From: Cyanophora paradoxa CCMP329 | Lineage: Eukaryota; Plantae; Glaucophyta | Direction: 5' to 3' | Assembly (NCBI GenBank): GCA_004431415.1 | Contig: QPMI01000457.1 | Location: 1-64,000, forward strand | DNA: 64,000 nucleotides | In this document: positions 37,368-50,100 of the stretch, piece by piece | Layout: every line of letters starts with the position of its first letter | Position numbering within the stretch: the first letter of the stretch is position 1 | Position numbers and translations under genes: made by a program | Notes under the pieces: generated by a model | The model's input: the letters and a program-made list of their open reading frames with translations, nothing else | What the model was told of the DNA's origin: nothing | Database searches by the model: none

Positions 37368-38970
37368 ATGAAGGGGATCGCGTTCTTGGCCGCCCTGCCC
37401 TGCGCGAGATGGCAGCGTCAAGACTCCGCTGCACGTGGCGTCTCCCATGCGCATGCCGCTGTACCGCATGCCACAGGTTCGGCTCAAATGTGCCTCGTAC
37501 ATCAAGCCAGCCTCCTGATGGCTCTCCGTTATTTCCCGCCCCACGTGTTGGCAGATGTGCTGCCCGCGACTGCCTCATCGGGAAGTAGAGGTGCTAGATC
37601 GTACTTTGGCTGCGCGGAGCCGCGCTCCCCGTCTGACCTGACGGCTCCCAGCATCGTGCGTTGGGGCGCCTCGCCCCGCGAGGAGACGCGCCTTCTTCGG
37701 GTCCGCGGTCCCCTGCAGCTTCTCCTGCGCGGAGAAAGCGCGCTCGGATCCAGCACGCACGCGGCGCTTCTTCTTGGTGCGCCAGCCCCAAGCGTCGCGG
37801 CCGCGCGTAAGTTCGGCGCTGACGTCCGCGGCCCTGCGCAGCTCCCCAGCCGCCCCCTGGAGAGCCCCGCATCTACCTCGGGGCTCGCGTATGCATCGGC
37901 TGTGCCGCAGGAGGTCGCCGAGATGCTGAAGAGCGAGGACCCGAAGGACAGGCACTCGGGCCTGCTCAAGCTGATCAACGCGCGCGGCCCGCCGCGCCCC
38001 GCGCCTGCCCCGCTGACCGGCGCGCAGGTCGAGCCGATCGAGGACACGAAGGAGTTCGTCCTGAAGATGTCCAAGGACCCGGACAGCTTCGTGCGCCGGC
38101 CCGGCGCCGCGCGCGCCCCGGCCGCGGCGGCCTTTCCCGGCGCGACGGGCCCGCCCGGCAGGTGCGGGTGGCGGCGGTGTCGATGCTGGGGAGCTTCAGG
38201 GAGCCGGCGATCACGGAGATCCTCGTCGCGCTCCTCTCCAGCAAGAAGGAGGAGTACCGCATCCGCGCCAACGCCGCCGGCGCCCTCGGGCCCGCCCCGC
38301 CCCGCCCCGCCCCGCCTGCTCCGCCCCGCCGGCCCCGCCGGCGCTGAGGCGCGGCGCGCGCAGGAACGTGGAGGACCCGAGCGCGAAGCAGGCGCTCATA
38401 GACGCGTACCGCGGCGACTCTGAGTGGATCGTCCGCTACTCGGCCCTCGTCTCCCTCGGGCACCTCCGGCGCGCCCGGCCGTCCCTCCCTGCGCCCGCCC
38501 CGCACGCGCCGCTCACGTCTGAACAGGTACAACGAGCTGCCGGGCGGGGAGGGCCCGGCGGCGGTGCAGGAGGTCTTCGACATCGCCGTCGCCGCCCTCG
38601 AGTCCAAGGAGGGCCTCATCGTCCAGGCCGTGCGCCGCGTCCCTGTCTCCCGCCCCATTCGGACTCGACGCTCACGCGTGGCTCGGGGCAGGCGGTGGGG
38701 GTGCTGGGCGGGCTGGCGCTGCGGGAGGGCGTGCCGCACCTGCTGCCGCGGTTCCTGCGGCACGAGGACTGGCTGACGCGGCTGCGGCTGGTGGAGACGC
38801 TGACGCTCATCCCCGCGACGACTGAGACGGCGCTGGCGCTCGAGGTCCTCGCCTGCGACGAGGTCGAGCACGTCGCCCTCGCCGGCCGCGCCGCCCTCGC
38901 CGCCCTCCGCTCCGCCTCCCCCGCCCTCCACGCCCCCGACGCCTCCACCATCAACCCCCTCGAGCTCTGA
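37368..38970 (+). CDS. Plastid-targeted PBS lyase HEAT-repeat protein (NblB/CpcE-F-like)
   Basis: HEAT repeats KDPDSFVRVAAVSMLG, EYRIRANAAGALG, DSEWIVRYSALVSLGHL and HEDWLTRLRLVETL. The N-terminal extension begins MKGIAFLAA. Confidence 0.8.
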
Positions 38971-39626
38971 GGCGCCCGCGCCCCGGGCGCCCCGGCGGGC
39001 GCACGTCCGTTTCCTTTGCGTGGCCCAGTGGGGTGTACATGTGCCCTCCTGTTGTGTGTACTTCTGTGTGCAGTTTTCCGTTTTTTTGTTTGTGCAGCGT
39101 CCGCTTGCGTTTCACTATGCAGGCCCCAGTGTAAATTAGAGATCGCCGAGTCGTAGATAAGAGCTCTCGAACCTCTAGATCTGCGGCAGTCCCCTGTTGT
39201 GCAGTATACGTATGCATATGGTTGCAAGTTTCTTGTAAGCTAAAGAGTGTCGTAAATAAATTCTGTTGTGCACGCGGCCCCAATTTCCAACCCCCAACCA
39301 TCGTCGCAAGGCACGGTGCCTCCCCAAATCTATATATAATGCTGGTTTATTTGTTCAATTGTAAGGTTAACGTTAACGTTGAATACAATGGGCGCCGGCT
39401 GGGTCTCTGAGCTAGAGCTCGTTCGAGGGGCTAATTAAAGCCTCCGGAGTCCGAGCCTCTGGGACGGGGGGTGATCATGACGAGCATTGTAAAGCTTAAG
39501 GTGACGAACTCGAGCCTCCGAGCCTCAAGATCTGGAACCGCGGTCAAGGGCCAGAAGGGCCAACGCGGAAAAAGAGACGAAGGCAGCCGTACCTGCCCTC
39601 GTCTCCTCCTCCCCTGTAGCTCCAGA

Positions 39627-41523
39627 TCAAGCCTGCTCGTCCTTAAAGGTGATGTGGACGTCGAGGAGGACGCTGCGCAGCTGCTCCCGCTGCGACTCCC
39701 CCAGCTCGTACTTCTCCAGCACCGCCTTGTCTACCTGCGGGCGAAGCTGGTCACGGGCCAGTGCCGGCGCGGGGTGCGGCGCGGCCGCGGGCGGCGGGTG
39801 CGCACGACGAGCTCTTTGAGGAAGCTGAGGCGGGAGATGGCGGGGAGGTCGGAGGAGACGGGGAGGGGGCAGTGCATGTACGTCTCCAGCACCCGCAGCG
39901 ACGGCACGTCGGACGCCAGCCGCTGCGCCCGCCCGCCTAGCGCCTGAGTGCGGAGCGGGGCGAGGCGCAGGGGTACGAGCCTTCAGGAGGGAGGCCGGGA
40001 GGGTCGCCCCGTTGTCCTCGTTCATGCCGACGACGAGGCGCGAGAGGCCGGCGCCCCACGCGGAGAGGTCGGTCTTCGCGAGGTGCTCGAAGCAGGCGGT
40101 GTGCAGCTGGAGCTGGAGGGCCTGCGGGGCGTTGAGCGGCTTCCATGAGCACAGAGAGGTTGAAGGCGGTACCTCAAGCGTTTTCAGCCCCGTGATCGCC
40201 TCAAGGAAGGACCACGGCTGGCTCACGTCCGCCGCGTTGGAGCCGGCGTTGGAGAGGGTGACGGAGCGGAGGGACTTCGCGGCGGCGACGGGCCCCGCGT
40301 CCACGTCGCCACGCACGTTCGCGGTCATGTGCTCCAGCTTGGGCATGCACTTGAGGAAGCCCAGCCAATCGAGGTTGCAGCAGAGCTCCAGGGCTGCAGC
40401 ACGAGCCGTAAGACCGTCGGATGGAACGCGGACAGGCAAAAGATAGGCAGGACGGAACGGACACTTCATGTGCTGGAGGGCGCAGAGGAAGCGCAGGTCG
40501 CTCCAGCGGGCGATCGGCCAATCGCGCTTGCACATGTCCTCGTCGAAGAACGAGAGGTCGAGGCGCTCGAGGAGCGGGAGACGGCCCGCGACCTCGAAGA
40601 GGGCCGCCGGGGGCGTCTCGTTCCGGACCGCCGCCTCGAAAGTGAGGGCGCGGAGGGAGGGCGCGAGGGTCCCCACGAGGCCCTCCAGGACCGACACGGG
40701 CAGCGGCATGTTCAGCTCCAGCTCCTGCAGCGGAAAAGTTTAACGTGAGAAGTTCGGAGTCGCAGCCTGGCAGGGCGAGGAGTCGCTTGCGAACCTGGAG
40801 GCCGTCAAGCCGCTGAAGCACAGAGAGGGGCTTGAGGAAGGAGGGCGCCGAGAAGATGCCGGGCCAGACAGTGGAATCGGGGTTCAGGCCAATGTAGAGG
40901 CTGCGCAGGCCCGAGAGGTGCCACAGCGCGGCGATAGCAGTGACCTGCGCCTGCGTCGAAGCCGTGGGGCGCTGACGGTCTATGTCGAAGTCGGAGGAGA
41001 TCGTTAGGTGGAACTCCACCAGCTGCTGCCGTAGTGCCGCGAAGAGCGTGCGGAAGCCCGTCCGCGTCAGGCTGCCCTCTCGCACCGCGACCCGCCGCAC
41101 CGTCGCCTGCACGCTCTTCGGCAGGCTCGCGAGCGCCTTCACCGCAGCCGCCGCCTCATTCGGCTGCTGCATCACGTGCACGACGCGGGCCTGCAGCTGC
41201 TCGCCGGCCTCGTCCGCGAGGCGCCGGAAGCGGCGGCAGATGGCCTTCAATGCCGCCAGGCGGGCCGGCGACACGTCGGGCTCGGCGCCTGCCGGCTCCA
41301 GCGGAGAGTGGCCCTTGCACACCCGCGGGCTGGGCTTGTCGCTCTCCTTCTCCTTCGCCGGGGGCGTGTCGTTCTCCTCCCGCTGCTCCGCCGCGGCCGA
41401 GGGTTTGTCACTCTCAGGCTTCAGCGGGCCGCGCCGCGCCGCCAGATGCAGAATGTTCTTCACGAGATCGTCTGGCAACACGTCGAAAGCGCCGGCCGCG
41501 ATTGTGGCTTCCACGATCGACAT
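39627..41523 (-). CDS. F-box / leucine-rich-repeat protein
   Basis: F-box-like AFDVLPDDLVKNIL..LKAICRRFRRL. LRR-like units include LSGLRSLYIG, LRALTFE, LPLLERLDLS, MPKLEHMTA and LRSVTLSN. Confidence 0.7.
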
Positions 41524-41625
41524 GTCATCACCTAATACGCGCCAGGGGAATCGGACGCGAAGGATCAGCGGAAATTGTTCGAGGTGCGTGCACACAATTA
41601 ATATTGCAATGCGCATTCGCCTGCA

Positions 41626-41858
41626 TACGCACCTACAGCAGGCGCTGCCGCCACGTTGTCCGACGCGGGAGCGTTCGATGCACTCTGCGCGTTCGATGCG
41701 CCCGCGACCGCATCGCCTGCGAACGGCGAATGAGAATTTGGTGCTGCGCGAGCGAGCCTGCGTACGCACCTACAGCAGGCGCTGCCGCCACGTTGTTCGA
41801 CGCGGGAGCGTTCGATGCACTCTGCGCGTTCGATTCGCCCGCGACCGCATCGCCTGCT
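41626..41858. repeat. Direct tandem duplication, about 95-bp unit at 137-bp period
   Basis: tacgcacctacagcaggcgctgccgccacgttgt(c/t)cgacgcgggagcgttcgatgcactctgcgcgttcgat(g/t)cgcccgcgaccgcatcgcctgc occurs at about 41626 and 41763. Confidence 0.9.
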
Positions 41859-42356
41859 ATCGACGAATGAAAACTCGAAGCTGCGCGAGCTTCTCGGAGG
41901 AGCGGATTGCTTCGAATGCTATATTCCGCTCTGTGACTCACCTTCTGCATCCTGCTTGGTCGTACGCGCACGCTTCGCCCGCCGTTCGCGCGCCATCTTC
42001 TTTGCGCCGGGAGTGGACCGGAGAGGGGTAGGGTCGTCATGGCGAGTAGGCGCTCCGGATCCCGGATCCACTTTCCTCTCGAGGCGATGCCTTCCCCTCT
42101 CTCCTTTCTCCTCTCGCGAAGTGATGCATTCCCCTCCTCGAAGGGGAATGGACCGGAGAGGGGTACGGTCATCATGAGACGAGTCTGCGCGCTGCATATG
42201 CATGGCCCGTGGCGCGGCCGGCGCGGTTTGCATTTGCAATTGAAGCTCAGCTTAAGCCTTGAAGGGGGTGCCGCCAGACCGTTCCATCAGTTGTGTGTCG
42301 AGGCTTAATATTCGAATTCTGTTCTGGTGCACACACGCGCACAACGTGCTGCTCTA

Positions 42357-44364
42357 TCAGGAGGCGGCGCCGAGCCGCGGCGCAGGGTCTGGGGCGGAGG
42401 GGGCGGCGGGGGCCGGGGCGGCGGGCCCGAGCTCCAGGAGGCGCGCGCGCTGCCGGGCCAGCTCCCGCTCGATCCCCGCCAGCCGCGCCTCCAGCTCCCC
42501 GGGCCCCGCGCCCCCGCCCCGGCCCCCTCCCCGCTTCGTCTCCGGCCCCGGCTCCCGCTCCGGCTGCGGCTCCGGCTGCGGCTCCGGCTTCGGCTGCGGC
42601 TGCGGTCGCGCCTTCTCCGCCGCCTGCGCCGCCGCTCGCTGCGCTCGGCGCTCGACTCGCGCCCGCCCTCGTGCCGCCGCCGGCCCGCCGCCTCCGCGCC
42701 CGCGCCCGATCCGCTGGGCGCCCCGCCGTCCTCCGCCCGTCGCGCTGCGCCGCGCCCCGCGCTGCGGCTGCGGCTCCGATCGCCGCGCAGCGAAGGCTCC
42801 GCAGGAGCAGTCCGCGGCGCCGCCGGCGGGGGCGGGGCGGGGGCGGGCGCTCGCGCTCCTCGCGGTCGCGGCGACGCGGCGGCTCCGCGAGGCGTTCGAG
42901 CTCGCGCAGGACCTCCGGGGCCGGCGCCCCCGGCGGCTCGGGCTCCCGGGCGGCGGCTCGGGCCCCGCAGGCTGCCGCGGCGGAGGGCGGCGGCGACGGC
43001 GGGGGCGTCGGGGGCCTCGCTGGTGACGTAGTAGCGGACGAGGCGGTCGTAGGTGCGCTGGTCGTACGGGCTCCGCGCGAACGCCTCCAGCTCGTGCAGG
43101 AACAGGCCCGTCTGCGCGCCCCGCTCGCCCGGCAGGCACGAGGAGGGCCGGCGGGCGGGAGGGCGGGGCGGGCGACCTTGCCGAGAAGGAAGGGCTGGAG
43201 CTCCTCTCGGACCCGCGGGGAGGCGATCTCGTGCTGGCCCAGCAGGCTGAACACGAAGTGGCACATCTGCGGTCCGGGGGCGGTCGCCCGGAGGCCGGCG
43301 GGGGGGGGGGGGGGGGGGGGAGGGGTACGCGCCATGTCGAGGGCGTCGACGTCGTCCTCCTCGAGGGCCGCCTGCAGCTCGCGCCGCAGCCACGGCTCCA
43401 GCTTCCGCCGCAGGACCGGCTCCCGGAACGTGGCGGGCCCTGGGCAGGCGTAGGGTCAGCTGCGGCCGGGGCCGGGGCCGGGGCGGGGGCGGCGCGGCGC
43501 GGGGCGCACGGATCGGGGGCCGCGCGTGGGCGGACATGAGGGTCTGGCAGGGCACGCCCCGCTGGTAGACGGCGCGCCGCGCCTCCACCGCGCTGCACGC
43601 CGCCGGCGGCTGCGCGCTCTGGCCCCACGCCGGACGCCTGCGCCGCCGGCCCGTGGCGCGCGTGAGGCGCGGGGCGCGGCGGGCGCGCTTTGGGTGCCGC
43701 ACGAGTGGACGCGGCGGGGCAGGCCGCCGGCGAATGCGGACTGCGGCCGCGGCTCGCGCTTGGGCCCGTCACCCGAGTCCAGAAGCGACTCGGGGAGGTA
43801 GTAGCGCCTGTACTCGCGGTCCGAGACGATGGAGTGGATCACGCTCCGGAACGGCTGCTTGCACAGCGGGCACCGCGCGGTCACTTCGGCCCACTGCAGA
43901 ATGCTGCGCACGCGCAAGTTCAGGCAGGGGTGTACGTGTGTGGCCAGGAGTGCGGGGCGCGGCGCGCCGCACCACGCAAAGCAAAAGGCGTGGAAACATT
44001 GATCTGCCAGCGCCGTGTTCTGCGTCTGCTCCAGCTGCGCAGGCGATTTAGCGTTCGTGGAGCGGCCTGAAGGGCAGCCCGGAGGTGCGCACGCAGATGG
44101 GACACTCGGCAGTGCCTCCAAGCATCTCCTTCTTGGGCTCTTCGGGCTCCGCGGACTCATTCTCTTCCGTCAAATCGATGTGGGGAATCGGGCCGCTGCG
44201 CACGCTTCAGGGCAGCGACGGGGAACCGCGGCGCTGGGTGCGAACGTCTTGCTCGAGAAGCCGCTTGAGGACGACGGGATCCCGAGCTCGGCGTGCTCCT
44301 CCTCCTGCCGTTCTTGCTGTCGCTCGTCGCCCGAGCTCGAGCCGCCGCCGTCGCTCTCCTCCAT
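42357..44364 (-). CDS. TOPORS-like RING E3 ubiquitin ligase
   Basis: RING CFHAFCF..ILQWAEVTARCPLCKQPFRSVIHSI. TOPORS-type block KLEPWLRREL..LQPFLLGK|TGLFLHELEAFARSPYDQRTYD. Confidence 0.85.
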
Positions 44365-44576
44365 CCGCCTCGCGCCTCCGAGGCTCCGTTCGTGCGGACG
44401 CTGCGCTGCGGGCGCTGTGGAGCGAGAGTTGGTTGCCGGTGGGGGGGTACAAGCAGTGGATCGAATTCGAACCAGCACGAGCAGCAGAAGCAGCAGAGAA
44501 GGATCCACCTGAGCACGCGTAGTGCAGCGCCGCACGGAGACGGAATGCGGCCCGGGTTGACCTGACGCCCTGCGCG

Positions 44577-45290
44577 ATGACAGAGCTGTACTTCGAGCGG
44601 CAGAGGTGCGCGCGCGATGCCGGCACCGGGATCCAGAAGCTCTCCTTAGCCTGAATCGGATCGCAGCCGCCTCCACTGCGGGCTGCACGCGCTCAACATG
44701 CTCTTCGGGCGAGCGGAATTCGACGACGCCGAGCTCCGCGGCTATGCCAAATCGATCCCGGGCGCAGCCTCGTACTTTTCTAACATGCGAATGTCCGCCG
44801 AAGCGTGCATTACCTGCCGCCGGGCCGAGCCGGCGCATTGACTCCGCGTCGCACGCGCGCGTATGCGCATACGTGCGCAGCTTGGGGAACTACGACGTGA
44901 ATGTGCTCATGATGGCGCTCACGTCGAGGGGCTGCGAGGCGGAGTGGGTGTCGGCGGGCAACCTGGAGCGCTCCGCCGCCCCCGCGGCGCTCGAAGCGGG
45001 CGGCGTGGTCGGCCTCCTCGTCTGCCGCCGCAGCGACAGGCTCGGCCGACTCGTCGGCGCGATGCACTGGCCCGCCAGAATCCCCGCCCCGCCCGCGCGG
45101 GCCGCGCAGCTGACGCGCGGCATGCAGGATCGCGGTGCGGCGCGTGGGGCCGACGTGGGTGCTCCTGGACTCGAACGCGCAGGGTCCAACGCCCCTCGCG
45201 TCCGCGGGCGACGTGATGACGCTTCTGCGGGAGTGCCTCGCCTACAGCCGCGCCGGCGCCCTCCTCGTTCGCGGCCCCGCGCAGCAGTGA
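44577..45290 (+). CDS. Josephin-domain deubiquitinase (JOSD1/2-like)
   Basis: LYFERQ|SRLHCGLHALNMLF (catalytic Cys), GNYDVNVLMMAL, HW|IAVR (His) and WVLLDS (Asp). Confidence 0.9.
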
Positions 45291-45336
45291 AAACGTTCGA
45301 ATTCATAATCTAATCAAACACGGGCATCAATTGCAA

Positions 45337-46937
45337 CTACCTGTCGGCCTCTGTGCAGGCGCGCAGCGTGGCGACGACGCTCTCCCCGAGGGCCTTGAGG
45401 TCGTACCCCCCCTCGAGGCCGAAGACGGCGAGGGGGCAGACGCCGAGGGCGGCCCGGGCCAGCGCGTAGTAGTCGGAGGGGGCGAGGGAGACCGAGGCCA
45501 GGGGGTCGGCGGCGCAGGCGTCGTACCCCGCCGAGACGAGGAGGAGGTCGGGGGCGAAGTCCCGCAGGAAGGGGAGCGCCTCCCCCTCCAGGATCGCCTC
45601 GTACTCGGGGAGCGAGGCCCCGGGGGGTACCGGGAAGTTCCGCACGGTCCCGTGCGGGCCCCGCTCGTCCGCGAAGCCCGAGCCTGGGGTGGGGTGCGCC
45701 GGTCAGAAGAGAGAGGGGGTACGAGGACAAGAAGGAAAGGTACCGGGGTACGTGATGGAGGGGTCCTGGTGGATGGAGACGAAGGCGACGCGGGGGTCGT
45801 CCTGCACGATGTCCTGCGTCCCGTTCCCTGCGCACGGGGCGGGTCGCCGGGCGGCGCTGTGGGCAGGGGGAGAGGGAGGTCCAGCGGGGCCCGCCGGAGG
45901 ACCCGCTCACCGTGGTGCACTGCGGCGGCGGGGGAGGAGAATGAGGCGCGGTGGGAGCGGGAAGGGGATGGAGGGGAGTGGGGGGGTACACACCGTCCCA
46001 GTCGAGGATGGCGACGCGGCGGACGCGCTCGGGGTACTGCTCGAGGGCGTAGACGGCCGCCGCGGCGCAGCTGCTGAACAGGCAGAAGCCCATCCCCACC
46101 CGCCGCTGTCCCAGGAGGGGGGTACAGGCACAGTCAGCGGGCCAGACTTGCTGGAACAAGGGCGGGGCCCGGCGACCCGCACCGTGGCGTGGTGGCCGGG
46201 GGGCCGGACGAGGGCGAAGGCGGGGCGGGCGGAGGCGAGGGCCTCGTCGACGCCGTCGAGCCAGGCGGCGACGGCGCGGCAGGCGACGCCGAAGGAGCTC
46301 GGCCCGATGCTCGTGTCGGCGTCCAGGCGCGTCCCGCCCTTCTCCGAGGCCCGCTTCACGCCCCCGATGTACCCCGCGTCGTGCACGCGCTTCAGCCAGG
46401 GCACCACGTCGCGCTCCGAGGGCGGCCGGATCTCCAGCGGGGCCCCTGCCGCCGCCATCTCCCGCACGTGCTTCAGAGCCGACTCGACCCGCTGCGGGTC
46501 TGCGCGGAACGAGCTGCCGGGGTCAGAGCAGCTGGCGGCCGAGCCGCCGGCGACGTCGACGGCCCGCGCGCGCGGGCCGGGGCATGCGCACTCTCCGGGT
46601 GGCCCGGCGGAACCTCGTGCTGCTCGAACTCCTCGCTGGCGATGACGACGACCTTTGCCACACCCGTCTGCGCCGCGGAGCCGCTGGCGTCGGCGCGCGG
46701 CGATGCGTACGTGAACGGCGACCGCCGGCCCGATGCGTCCGGGGCGGAGGGGCGCCAGACGAGCCGCCGCCGGATCAAGAATGTGCTCGCTGATCTTTGG
46801 GGTGCCGCTGAACGTCGTGGGAGGCGCTGCTGGCCGGACGGCAATGCGCGGGGCGGCAGCTGGAAGCACGAGACCGCGCCGGTCGGTGCAGCTGCCAACG
46901 CTCTAGGTCGGTACAGCGGCACGGAAGCCGCGAACAT
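45337..46937 (-). CDS. Zn-dependent lysine/histone deacetylase family protein, cyanobacterial type, plastid-targeted
   Basis: GHPE, RPPGHHA, MGFCLFS, ILDWD|VHH|GNGTQDI, SAGYDA..DPLA and FGLEGGYDL. The N-terminal extension is A/S/R/P-rich (MFAASVPL). Confidence 0.9.
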
Positions 46938-47128
46938 CGCCTGAACCGGGCGCATCTGCTGCGATCCTCGAGACAGCTCGCCCTGCCAAACACTGCGATC
47001 GCGATACCCCGGTCGCCTACTGGGGCCAACTGGCCGAGTCAGCCTCTCTTTTGCGCTCGGCGCTTCATGAATGTGCTTGGCGCTTCAGATACGATCCAAT
47101 GTGCCTGGTGACTCGGTGCAGGGGGCGG

Positions 47129-50100
47129 CTAGGCGGCGAGGAGGGAGGCGAGGTACTCGGAGGCGACGACGGCCGCCGCCGCTCCCCGCAGCAGCGCGCC
47201 CCGCGCCGAGCCCCGCCGCCTTCGCGCCTCCGAGCCCCCGCCCCCGCCCTCCGCGCGCCCGCCTTTGGGCCTCCGCCGCCTCCTCGAGCTCGCGGCGCCC
47301 GGCGGGCGGGGACCCTCCCGCGGCCCCGGCCCCGGGTCGCGGCCCCCGCCCTCGCTGCCCGTGTCACTGTAGATGTCGCTCTCCCCGCCCGACCCGCCCC
47401 CGTCCCGCCCCCGTCCGCCGCCGGCGCCGCCGCCGCGCCCCGCTCCGACGGCCCGCAGCGGCACGCCGTCCGCGCCCCTCCGACGAAGCCGAAGCACCCG
47501 CAGTCGCGCCCGGCCTCCCGCCCAGCCCGCCCTGCCTCCCGCTCCTCTTCCGCCCCCCGCGGCTCCTCGGCCGGCGGCCTGCCGATCGGGCCTCGGGGCG
47601 GGACGGCCGGTCGCCCCGAAAAGACCTACCCGGGCGGGGAGGAGGGTAGCGGCTCGAGGCGGGCGTCGAGGACCTCGCTCAGGCGCACCCACACGGCGAA
47701 GGCGCTCAGCTGCGCGGGCGGCGTTGGCGCTCCGAAGGGGGCGCATGATGAAGAGAGCGGGGGCGGACCGCGCCGGCGAGGGCGGTGGAGAATGCCATGA
47801 CGGCGGGGGAGGGTGACGGGCCGCCGCCGCGCGCGGCGGGACCGCCCTGCGGGGCGACGACGGGCGGCGGGCGAGCGGGGCCCCGCGCCCCGAAGAGGGA
47901 GGCCAGGAGGCCCTGGAGCGAGTGAGCTCGGGGCGGGAGGGGAGGAGAGGGGGAGGGTACGGGCACCGGGGAGGAGGCGTTGCGGGGGGCGGGGCGCGGG
48001 GCGGTGGCGGGGGCCGAGAGGGGCGGCCAGGCGTGGCCCAGGGCCGGCCCCGGGAAGACGTGCCCCTCCGTCGAGAACACGAAGTTGCTGGGAGGGGGGG
48101 AGTCAGATCAGATCCGAGCCGCGCGCTCAAAGAGGGCCGGGGGGTACGCGCTTCCAGTGGGCTAGGGGCCACGCCGCGGGTTCGAAGAGGAGGTACAGGT
48201 ACTTGGCCGTCTCCGACAAAAAGTACGAGTCTGAGGGGGGTACTCAATTCTGGGAGACCGTTCTCCCGGCCGGAGAGCGGACCCTGGCGGTCGGAGAGGG
48301 ACCGGTCCTCGACGTCGGCGAGACCGGCGTACCCGCACGGCTGCTCCAGCCGCTCCAGCCCCTCCAGCAGCATCCGCCCCGCCTGGGCCCGCCTTCAGGG
48401 GGGAGGGAGCGAGCGGGAGGTGGGGAGAGGGGGGGTACCTGCAGCCAGGAGTCGTCGCCCGTGACGCGGTGCACGAGGAAGACGCTCTCGGCGAGCTCGG
48501 GGCGCAGGGGGTACCCCTTCTGGCCGGGCATGGGAACGCCCTGGGCGAGGTTGTACCCTGCGGGGCGCTCAGGGAGGAAGAAGAAGAAGAAGAGAGGGGC
48601 GGGTAGCGGGCCCTCGGGGAGGGGCCCGCCGAAGCGCTCGGCGACGGAGAGGAAGGCGTTGAGGGTGCGCTCCGCCTCCCCGGGGTCCCCCGCCAGCCCC
48701 TGCAGCCCCGGCCAGAACGCTGCCCCCGCGATCTGGCTCAGGCCGGGGCGCGGAGGGGGAGGGGGGAGGGGAGGGGGGGCGCCTTGCAGGCTGTTGAAGA
48801 CGGGCCACTGCAGGGGGGGTCGGGACGGGGGCGGGGGGAGAAGCGGGGAGGGGGGTACGGCGCGCACGACGACCGTGCCGGTGTGCATGTTGACCTCGAG
48901 GTACCTGTTTTTTTGAGAGGGAAAAGGGGCTGCGGATCAGCGGGGGTTACGGGGAGCGGGGTGGGGGTACGGGGCGGCTCGCCAGGCCTCGCGCTTGAGG
49001 TGCGTGACGATGGCGCTGTAGGCGCGCTGGAAGGCCCGCAGCGCCTCCCCGTCCCCGAAAAGCGCCCACGCCTGCGCAAGGCGATCTACCCCAGCGCCAC
49101 TCGCCCCCCCCCCTCCCCCCCCCCCGCCAAGGGGGTACGCGCCTTGTAGAGGTACTCATAGAACGAGTCGACGTTTGCGCCTATGCCGGCGTCCTTGTGC
49201 GTCCCTGTAGCCCCGCCTCAGGGGAGGGGGGACGGGGCGGGCGGGGTACAGGGCGGGCGCGCATTCGCCGCTGGCGATGTCGATGTGGGCGCCGACGAGG
49301 TCGAGGCGGGAGCGGCGGGACCAGATCGCCCGCGTCGCCTGCCGCGCCGCCCGCTGCGAGCCGCCGCGGGGGCGCTCGGCCGGCGCTCGGCGGGGGCGGA
49401 GGGGCGGGGGTACGGCGCGCCTCGAAGGAGGGGTCCCCCGTGAGGAGCGAGAGGAGGCCGAACTCGAGGAGGTAGGTACCCCCGCCGGCGGTGGAGGCCA
49501 GGGTCGTCTCGTTGGGGGGTACCCCCCAGCGCAGGTTCACGGTGCCGTACGGGATACCCGTCGGCGTGACGAAGGCCGGCAGGAGGCGCCGGCCCAGGTC
49601 CTCCGCTACCCCGGCGTTAGGCGGCGGGGGAGGGACGGAGGGCGCGGGGGGGAGGGAGGGGGGGTACCGAGTATGAGGAGGGAGCGGTTGTACCCCGGAG
49701 GCGAGAGCTCGGGGACGAGGGCGGCCTGGTGGGCGGCGAGGAGGCCGCCGAGCACGCGGATATTAATCTCGAAGACCGAGACCTCGGCGTCCCTGCGCGG
49801 GCGTCGGAGGGGGCGGCGGGGCGGCGGGGGGTACGGGCGCGCCGGTCGAACGAGAGGGCCTCGGAGACGCGGGTGACGGCGGCGCGGAACTCGTCGCGCA
49901 TGCCCTGCGGGGGCGGGTCCGACGGTCGCCCAGAGAGCGGCCGGCCGGCGCGGGGCGGGCGGGGCCGGGCGCGCCATGACGGCCAGGGTGTCCAGGGCGT
50001 CGACGAGGGTGACCATCACGCCGTTGAACGTGTCCGCGCCGGTGCAGGAAAGCGGGCGCAGCTCGTCGTGCGGGTAGGCGTGCTCTGCCGCCCGCCCGCG

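Noticed and set aside
41626-41858. Repeat-spacer-repeat pattern as a possible CRISPR array
   Set aside because: Only two about 95-bp copies, no cas genes, and a eukaryotic context.
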